A stretch of DNA of 64,000 bases from the human T2T-CHM13v2.0 reference genome, Homo sapiens, in NCBI RefSeq assembly GCF_009914755.1, contig NC_060941.1; one strand, 5' to 3'. How positions within the stretch are numbered: the stretch's first letter is position 1; each line of letters opens with the position of its first letter. This document shows positions 53,792 through 64,000 of this stretch, one piece after another. A model generated the notes under the pieces. It was not told the origin of the DNA and made no database searches. It saw nothing but the letters and a program-made list of their open reading frames with translations. The position numbers were made by a program, and so were the translations under genes.

Positions 53792-53993
53792 AAAGGTGAG
53801 AATGACGGCAGGTTTCTTCTTACAGATTTCCTACAGATGGAAAAGGTGAGAGTGATGGCAGGTTTCTTCTTACAGATTTCCTACAGATGGAAAAGGTGAG
53901 AATGATGGCAAGTTTCTTCTCACAGATTTCCTACAGATGGAAAAGGTGAGCGTGATGGCAGGTTTCTCACAGATTTCCTACAGATGGAAAAGG
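53792..53993. repeat. 50-bp tandem repeat, ~4 copies, within L1
   Basis: aaaggtgagagtgatggcaggtttcttcttacagatttcctacagatgg repeated. Confidence 0.93.
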
Positions 53994-54379
53994 CAGACAG
54001 CGGAACAGCATCTTTAAAGCAGAGAGAGAGACAGAGAAATTGAAAAAACTGTCAACCTAGAATTCTATACCCACTGAAAATATATTTCCAAATGGAGGCA
54101 AAATAAAGACTTTTAAAGACATACAAAAGATGAAAGCTTATCCCCGGCAGATCCACACTACAAGAAACGTGAAGTCCTTTAGCCTTGAGGAGAATACTCT
54201 TCAGAGGGAAACACGGTTCTACACAAAGGAATTCAAAGCAGCAGAAATGAGTACTATGTGGATAAATATGGGATTTTTTTCTTTTTATTTAAATCTTCTT
54301 TAAAAGATAATTGTTTTAAGAAAAATAATAACAGTGTACTATGAATTTTTTTCAATAAGCCTTTTGCACTCTTAATTTT

Positions 54380-54520
54380 TTTTCCTTACGAGACAAGGTC
54401 TCATTCTGTTGCCCAGGCCTGATCACCGCTCACTGTAAGCTCACACTCCCTGGCTCAAGCCATCCTCCTGCCTCAGCCTCCCGAGTAGCCGGGATCACGG
54501 GCACAAGCCACGGCACCCCA
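54380..54520 (-). mobile_element. Alu monomer fragment, antisense
   Basis: gagacaaggtctcattctgttgcccagg...gctcaagccatcctcctgcctcagcctcc. Confidence 0.87.
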
Positions 54521-55539
54521 CAGAATGTATAACATTTGTAAGAGCAAAATGCATGCTAACAGTAACAAAAAGATGGGGAGGAGAGAGAATGAAGAAATAC
54601 TATTGTAAGATTCTTGGACTTTGTTTGAAGTGGTCTCATATCACCTGCCTGAAGATGAACTGCAGTAGTCCATAAACCCTAAAGCTGCCACTCAAATTTT
54701 AAAAAGAATTACAGTTAATTAGCTGACAACAGAGATGATATGAAGTCATAAATATAGACAACACGGAAGGAAAAAGATAACCAAGAGTAGATGTAACAAA
54801 TAGAAAAAGGCAGGATGATAGATGGACACCTAATCCTGCCCGTCACTGCAGTGTGGAGACTGAACGCCACAATGAGAAGGCAGAGGCCACCAGGTTGAAG
54901 AGCAAGAAAAAACCATACCATGGCTACAAGCAATGTACTTTTGGCATAAAGACACGAGTAGATTGAAGGCAAAAGGACGGGAAGAGCTCTGCCATGCAGG
55001 CACTAAGCAGAGGAAGGCTGCAGGGCCTATGTTAATATCAGACAGAGGAGGTTTGGGAGCAGAGAACGTTGCTAACAATAAAGATAGACATTTCATAATG
55101 CTACGGAAGTCCATTCATCATTCATCAAGAGAACGTCGCAGTCCTAAATGTCTATTCACCTAATAATAGAGTTTCAAAATACATCCAACAAAACTGATGG
55201 AACTGCGAGGAGAAGTAGATAAATCCGTAATTACATTTGGAGGTTTCAGTGCTCCTTTCTCAGTAACTGACGGAACAAGCAGAAGAGAAATCAGTAGGAA
55301 TAGTGGGGACTTGAGCAGCACTCTCCAGCAGCTGGGCCCTGACGTTTATAGAACACGCCACACAGCAGCCATGCAGTGCACAGAGGCTGTGCCACGATAG
55401 GCCCGACCCTTGGCCAAATAAACCTCAACAAATGTAAAGAACTGAAGCCTTACAGGCGTGTTCTACAGCCACAGTGGAGTCAAACTCAAATCAATAATAG
55501 ATAGTAGGAATGTCTCTAAGCACTTAGAAACAGAAACTT

Positions 55540-55800
55540 TTAGATAAATAAATGATTTTCATTTCATTCCATAAAATTTTAAGTAAATTAATATATATGT
55601 GCTTAATGCAAAATAGAATATAAATATGTAATATTAAGATACATAGATATTATAAGTCGTGAATAACAAAGATTTATATAAAATATTTATTACTATAAGT
55701 ATGTATATATAATATATAATATAATGTACATATAATTATAAATACTTGCATTAAATAAATACATTATGTAAACATGTATATTAAGATATAAAATAAATAG
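55540..55800. repeat. AT-rich low-complexity tract
   Basis: tatataatatataatataatgtacatataattata. Confidence 0.85.
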
Positions 55801-56281
55801 GTTGAGTATACGTGGACCCAGCTCTGAACAGTGCTGAGAGGGGAGTGTGTAGCAGCTGCTAGACAATGCATTGGAAAAGAGGGACGGTCTCCAACCGGAG
55901 ATCCCGGCTTCCACCTGAAGAGGGCAGCGTGAGTGGAGTAAACCCAAAGCTGTCGGCCAAAGGAAATGATACAAATCAGGCTGGAGACTAATACGAAAGA
56001 AGACAGTGAAACATCAAAATCTGTTGAACAAAACATTTTTTTAAAAAACACATGAATAAAACTGTGAAACACCACCCTGACTGATAAGGAAACAAAGAAG
56101 ACACAAATTCCAGCATCAGGAATGATAGAGGTGACATCATGAAAGATTCTAGGGATATTAAAAGGATGATAGGCAAATATCATGAGCAACTTGATGGGAG
56201 AACATTTGATAACTTTGATTCCTTGAATGACACATACCACTCACTGAGGAAGACATCATTAATCTGAATAGCACTATGCTT

Positions 56282-56410
56282 CTTTTTTTTTTAGAGACTG
56301 GGTCTCACCACATTGCCCAGGCTAGTTTTGAACTTCTGGGCTCCAGCGATGCTTCCACCTTGGCCTCCCAAAGTGCTGGGATTAAAGCCTGAGTCACTGT
56401 GCCTGTCACT
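56282..56410 (-). mobile_element. FLAM/Alu monomer, antisense
   Basis: ttttagagactgggtctcaccacattgcccaggct...cccaaagtgctgggatt. Confidence 0.88.
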
Positions 56411-57883
56411 ACAAGTGGAATTTGTAGTGAAAACTTTTACTACAAAGAAAACTGCAGGTCCAGATGACTTCGCCAGTGAATTTTACTGAACATTAAGGAA
56501 GACGTATTTGGATGACATCTAAGCACCTTCCCATATTGTTCTATGAGGCCAGCATTACCTGATACCAAAGGTTAGACACACGTTACAAGAAAAGAAAACT
56601 ACAGATAAGTATTCTCTTGAACACAGGTACAAAAATGCTAAATAGAATTTTTGCAAATTAAATTCAATGCTATATAAAAACAAAACATGATCTAGTGGGA
56701 TTTATTTCAGGGATGCAAACCTGTTTAAGGATTGAAAAATCAATGGATGCCTCTTCAGATTATTAAAGAATTATTTTTAAAGAGAGAAAAGTCCATGTAA
56801 TTTACCATATTAAAAAAAGATGAAAACCATATTACCATCTCAAGAGATGCAGGCAAAGTATTTTAACAAAATCTGAGATCCACTTCTGATTTAAAAAAAA
56901 AAAAACTCCCTGCAGACTCCTAATAGAAGGGAACTTCGTCTACCTGACAAACAGCATCTCCACAAACTTACAGCCAACACCATACAGTGGTGAAAGACTG
57001 AATGCAAGATGAAGCCATCTGTTCTTGTCACATCCCTTGACATTGTACTGGAAGTTCTAGGTAGTACAGTGAGTCAAGGAAAAAAAGGCATTCAAGTTCA
57101 AAAGGAAGAGGTTTAACTGTATTTTCAGACAGCATGATTGTCTATGTGGAGAATCCAGTTTAATCTATTTTAAAGTGCTACTAGAAAAAATTTAGTAAGT
57201 TTGCAGGTTATAAGATCAATATACAAAAATCAATTTATGTATATACACTAGCAATCAACAATTCGAAGTTGAAATTAAAATAGAGAACATTTACAATACC
57301 ACTAAAAAAAAAGAAATACTTAGGGATACATTCTGACAAAAGGTGGGCAAGATCTGTACACCAAAACTACAAACCATTGTGAAAAGAAATGAAGGAAGAC
57401 CTAAATAAATGAAGAGATCGTCCATTATCTTGATTTCTGCTTCTGAGATCCACATGGAAATACAAAGGACCTACAGCAGGCAAAACAACTTTGAAAAAGA
57501 AAAACACAGTTGAAGGACTAATACTACCTGATTACAAGAGTGACTGTAAATCCACAGTACTCAAGATCGGAAATAGCTTCAAATGGACAAACAGATAATG
57601 GAACAGGAAGAAAGTCAGGGAATAGACCCATACATATAAACACCTGCCCTATGATGACATGGAGAAAATGAAAAGGCAAGACACAGACTGGGAAAATATT
57701 GACAAATCGTTTTTCTGTTAAAAACTTGTGGCAAGAGTATAGAAAGAACTCTCAAAAATCAATATGAAAACAAACACAAGCAGACAAAGAAAATTGGGCA
57801 AAAGGTTTGAGCAGACACTTCACCAAAGAAGTACAAATGGCAAATCAGCACATGAAACAATGCTGAATATCATTAGTCACCAG

Positions 57884-57989
57884 AGAAATGCAAACTGCAC
57901 CCACAGTCTTATACCACTGCACACCAAGTAGATGCCAGAAATGCAAACTGCACCCACAGTCATATACCACTGCACACCAAGTAGATGCC
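57884..57989. repeat. 53-bp tandem duplication within L1
   Basis: agaaatgcaaactgcacccacagtc(t/a)tataccactgcacaccaagtagatgcc occurs twice. Confidence 0.92.
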
Positions 57990-58682
57990 TAAGAAGCTGC
58001 TGTTATCAAGTGTCGGCAAGGCCGTGGAGGAACTGGAACCCTCGTATGCTGCTGAGGGCAGTGCAAAGTGTGCACTACCACTTTGCAAACTTATTTCACA
58101 GTTTCTTATAAAGATTAGCACACACTCAGCATACAATCCAGCCATTCCTTTCCTAGGTATTCCCCAAGAGAAATGGAAGCATGTCCACACAAAGGCTTGT
58201 ACATGAATGTTCCTAGCAGCTTTATTTATAATGGCCAAAAACTGGGAATAGCCTAAATATACATTAACAAGCGGATGAATAAGCAAACTGCAATCTTTCC
58301 ATGCGATGAAATCGTACTCAACAATGAAAAGGCATGAACTGATCTCAAAATAGTTAGATTGAGTGAAAGAAGCCAGTTTAAAGAAGGGTACCTGCTGTAT
58401 GGTGCCATTCATTTAAAACTCTAGAAAATGCAAACTACAGTCACAGAAAGAAGATGAGCTGCTGCTGGGGGCAGGTGAGGGTGGGGGCACAGGGGCAGAA
58501 GAAAATGTCTGAGGGGCCAGACCCCACCTAGACTGTGGCGGTAGCTTCACAGGTGTAGACGTACGTCCAAAATCTTCAAATTCCGTACTTCAAATTTATA
58601 TGTCGCTTATACATCAATGAAGCGGCTAAAAAACTTCTCATTGTGGGACAGTCTACAAAGAACTGTACTGTTCCCTTCTAGA

Positions 58683-58986
<304 letters not shown>

Positions 58987-60269
58987 CCCCTTCTAGATTT
59001 TTAATTCAAGAAACACCCCCAAAAATGTGGGGGGATTTATTCTCAAGACTAATGTGTATCAGCTAAGTGCAGTTCCTAGTTGGATCCTGGATCAAAAATC
59101 AGAGGCTCACAGAGGACAGTTGTGAACAATTGGGAGGAATTTGACTCTGGACTGCGTGTCAGGCAGCAGGATTGGGAGGAGTTTGACTCCAGACTGCGTG
59201 TCAGGAGGGAGGACTGTGTCGCTGTCACGTGTCTGGAGTGTGATCATGGCTTTGTGCTCATGGAAGCAAATGTCCTTTTCCTTAGGAATATTTCTGGGCA
59301 AAGCGTCATGCTATCTGCAACTTTCACACAGTGCAGAAAAACACAGGGGATCAGGGGGCAGAAAGCAAACATGGCAGAGTATTTTTTGAAATTGTCCTTA
59401 GGGTCATGTGATGGGACCAGAGCTCAAGAGCAGCAGAACTTCATGATGAGAAAGTCCAGGAGATGTGGCCACAGCTGTCTTCCGCTGGTCACACTTTGCA
59501 AGGATGGTGGTAGTGGTTGTTTTAATAAGTTCCTCAAGCCTGCTGTTAGCATTTGTGTATCTGCTAATTAGCAAGATTAAGGAGGGGGAGAGTTAATTAA
59601 GGACTCCCGTAGGCAAGGTTCCAGTTAATTGAGGGTTTTTCATAGATAAAATTAATACTCAGTCCAGACTGACCTTCTGAGTTATAGTTAATAAAGTTGT
59701 GGTTATGGTACCACCAGGGAACTCCAAGAGCGTAATGTCAGTGGATCTGGAAAGATGCTCTGTGATGGTATTCATGAAGTAAATCCAGATTTGGAAATTC
59801 AAAGAGGCTTCCCACTGGGAACAGGCTGCTGTGGTCCCCGGAAGGAACCCGCACTATGAAGAAAAGGCAGATGAGAGAGTCATAGAATTTTGTTTCTGCA
59901 GCCCCCACGTCTGTGCTGGTTCTCCTACCCGTGCTCAAATTCTCTACTGTTTTCTCTGCAAAGTCGTTTCACCACAGTTCGTGTATGCTGGCGTTGATAG
60001 CCTCTCCTCTTCCTGCTTCTCCACTTTTCCCCACTCCCCCTTCCTCACACACGTACACGCAAAACTCAATTCAAAAAATGTGCAAGGTTAGCTTTCTCTG
60101 TCATCCAGCGATGACTCAGTCTCACCAAGGGGGCAAGAGAGTGCCATCTAGAGCGTGTGACCCTGCTGGTCCCACAGCAGAAGGCAGTGCCCTGGTGGGG
60201 GCTAGTCTAGTTAGGACCTGAGCAAACATTTTACTTGTGTCCCGAACTCTTGTTCCTATAGTTTCTATC

Positions 60270-61140
<871 letters not shown>

Positions 61141-61642
61141 CTAGGCTTTTGTTGCCTAAACTGCTTTATGTCTGTGGTTAACTTATTCCTTCCTGCAGTT
61201 TCATTATCTTTTTAGGGTCTAAATATAGTTCTTTTAATTTCCTCTTGTTATTTATATAGGCTTACTGTATAAGGCTTAGTCTTGGAGTTGTTTTATTTTA
61301 TTACATTTTGTTTTGCATTTCTGGGATTTTTTAGTATTCCTTCTTTCAGTTTGCCCCTTCTTGAGCTAACCTTCCTGCAGTACCATCTTCCAGCTGACTG
61401 TCAGTGGATGAGGTGGAAACAGTTTTACCCTTTCTGCAGGGAGCTTTGCCAGTTAGGGACCCTTCAGGAGTAGTCAGGAACGCGCCTGTGCCCACAGTTG
61501 GGTGAGTCCCAGGAACGGCAAAAATGTCACCTAGCGTTCCCCCTGCTCATCTAACATAGTTTAATTGCCTTGATGGTCCATGGAATTTCCAAACTAGAGG
61601 TTGTGATATGCAGAAAATCAACAAGATTGCATTGCTAGGGAG

Positions 61643-61771
61643 CACGTTTGTGAAGCTGGCGTCTTCCACAGAAGCTGTCATCAGCGAGGAGGGGCTGTTG
61701 AGGGGACACATTTGTGAAGCCAGCATCTTTCACAGAAGCTGTCATCAGCGAGGAGGTGCCGTTGAGGGGAC
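61643..61771. repeat. ~64-bp tandem duplication
   Basis: tttgtgaagc...cacagaagctgtcatcagcgaggagg..gttgagggga occurs twice. Confidence 0.88.
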
Positions 61772-63731
61772 TCCGGGTGATGCTTTCGTCGTTTGGAAAG
61801 TAGCACTGCTGTGCAGAATGGCCTCTTTTTAGCCATCCTCCTAGTTCCATGTGGAGCCCTCAGAATGGGTTTTACTCCGGGCAGATTCCAACACACCCTC
61901 ATGCTATCCCGGGAGAACTGCGGACCAGGAAGGCAGAGGCCCCTTCCTCCCACCCCCATGGAAGCCAGACCACACGAGCTGGGCCACCCAGCTGTCCCAG
62001 CACTGGGTCGGTCCTGGGAGACCACCCACCCCAGAAGAGACCAGGCTAGGTGACATGCACATTGGTGACAGGCCAGGCTGCAGGGAACTGGGTCTGTCGG
62101 TGCCCCCTGGGAAGGTGGGAGGTGTTTGGCTGGAGGGAGACAGTTGTATCAGCTGCCTCCGGGTTGCCAAGAATGAAATGAACAAAAGAGAGAGGAACCC
62201 GGAGGGGGCTGTCTGCCCAGCCATCCCAGTTCCAGGCTCTTTTCGCCTGCACCCAGGCAGACTAGACCGAGCCCTGGCAGGGGTGACGGCTCGCCCTTTG
62301 CAAGATGGATGGGCACAACGGGGCCCTGGCAGGTGGAGGTAGCACGGCAGGCTGTGCCGAGGGCGACCACAGAGGCTGTCTCTGTGTGGCAACTTCAGGG
62401 CCCCATGATTGATGGTTAGGCTGCTTGGAACCTGATCAAATCTCAGCTCAGCCTGCTGGGTGTGAGCAAGGGAGAGGGGATGGGGAGCCTGGTCAGCCTA
62501 GAGCGGGCCCCCCACCACTGAGGAGGCCCCGGGGGGGACCCCCAGCCTGACTTCTCCCTGCTCATGGCTGGCTCCTGTCCCACACTCTTTCGCTACTGTA
62601 TTTCCTCTTCTTAGTATTAGAATTTGGATGAGAAAGGCACCACAGTTTTGACCTGAGGTCAAGGCTGGGTTCGTTGCAGGTCCAGAAGGCTGCAGCTCAG
62701 ACACCTACTCTAGCCAGAAATGCCCGGGGCTCTGTGCGGTTCCAAGGGCTCCTTTGCCAGCCCTGCCACTGGGCACAGGGAGCCCCTCCACTACTCACCG
62801 CAGACAGAGCAGCTCTCCAGTGGGAAGCAGGTCCTGGGAGTGATTGGCATACGTGATCTGGAATTGTGATGTTTCTCCACAGCCCAAACATGGGTTCTTT
62901 TATTCATTCATCCAACATTTACTGAGCGCCTAATAGGAACCAGGACGTGCTGCCTCCTGGGACTAATAAAGACTAATAATGCATGTTTTTGTCCTCACAG
63001 AGCTGAAATCTAGCCCGGAAGGTGGAGGGTGGAAATGGCTAACTCAAATGCAGCAGCTTGGGAAGTGCAGTCCAAGTCCCTGCAAAGGGTGGGGAGAGAA
63101 GCCTTTGCAGAGGCTGTTGCCCGGGGACAGGGCCCCAGGCGGAGAGGACAAAGGCCCAGCAGGCAGAGGGAGCTCACCACATTCCCAAAGCCGCAAAACA
63201 ATGAGCTCGGTGTGCCCCAAAGTCTGAGGAGCTGAGGAGAAAGGGGAAGATGAGTTTCTTTGTGCAGAGATGTTTCTCAGTCACCACTGTCACACTGCTG
63301 GGTTATTGACACCAGAATGTGAAGAATCTCACTGTCAGTGCCACATGTGGGAGGGCATTGCTTACCATGACTCAGCGTGGCCTCAGGGACAGTGCGTCAG
63401 GCCCGGCAGGACAGCACTCGGTCTGTGCTGGGGAAGTCGTGCAGACGTGCAGAGATACAGACATGTGGACCCAAGTCAGCCCCGGACTGAGCAGCGGGTA
63501 CCCCAGAAGGGATGGGCAGTGGAATAAGGATTACATGTAGGGGCAGAGGACGTCTCAGTCTGTACCTGTCTATAGCATTTTAATGTTTGAGCCTTGATAC
63601 CTACAAATTTTAGGACAGGTTTGAAAAAGATTGAAAAAGATGGAAAGCATGCCAGTGATTTTGCTATGGACATCAGATGCAGCATTCAGGGCCACTGTAG
63701 ACGTGGGTATGTCTGGCCTGAGAATAACTAA

Positions 63732-64000
<269 letters not shown>

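Overview
Human (or very close primate) genomic DNA from the interior of RPTOR (Raptor, the mTORC1 scaffold), transcribed on the + strand. Six GT-AG coding exons (11712-11812, 12590-12734, 27444-27519, 36004-36105, 44994-45077, 47320-47430; 619 nt) splice into one open frame reading [19 protein letters not shown]...[20 protein letters not shown]...QAWDLAVDICL...[16 protein letters not shown]...[18 protein letters not shown]...[17 protein letters not shown]...LAVDS. From memory these are exons 8-13, covering the end of the RNC domain and the start of the ARM/HEAT region. The rest is intronic: about 18 Alu copies or fragments, old L1/L2/MIR remnants (including a ~5.8 kb sense-strand L1M), a Tigger4-like DNA transposon and many minisatellites or local duplications. 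Almost all ORFs in the supplied track are spurious. I found no clearly new gene system. The best leads are (1) a non-Alu inverted duplication with ~150-170 bp arms at 25463-26100 that should fold in the pre-mRNA; (2) tandem repeats that each amplify one transcription-factor motif (E-box/CLEAR-like, KLF/SP, RUNX core, near-CTCF, GC box); and (3) an exon pair (11712-12734) that would make a stop-free 246-nt circle. The functional readings are inference. Repeat boundaries were read by eye and are approximate.
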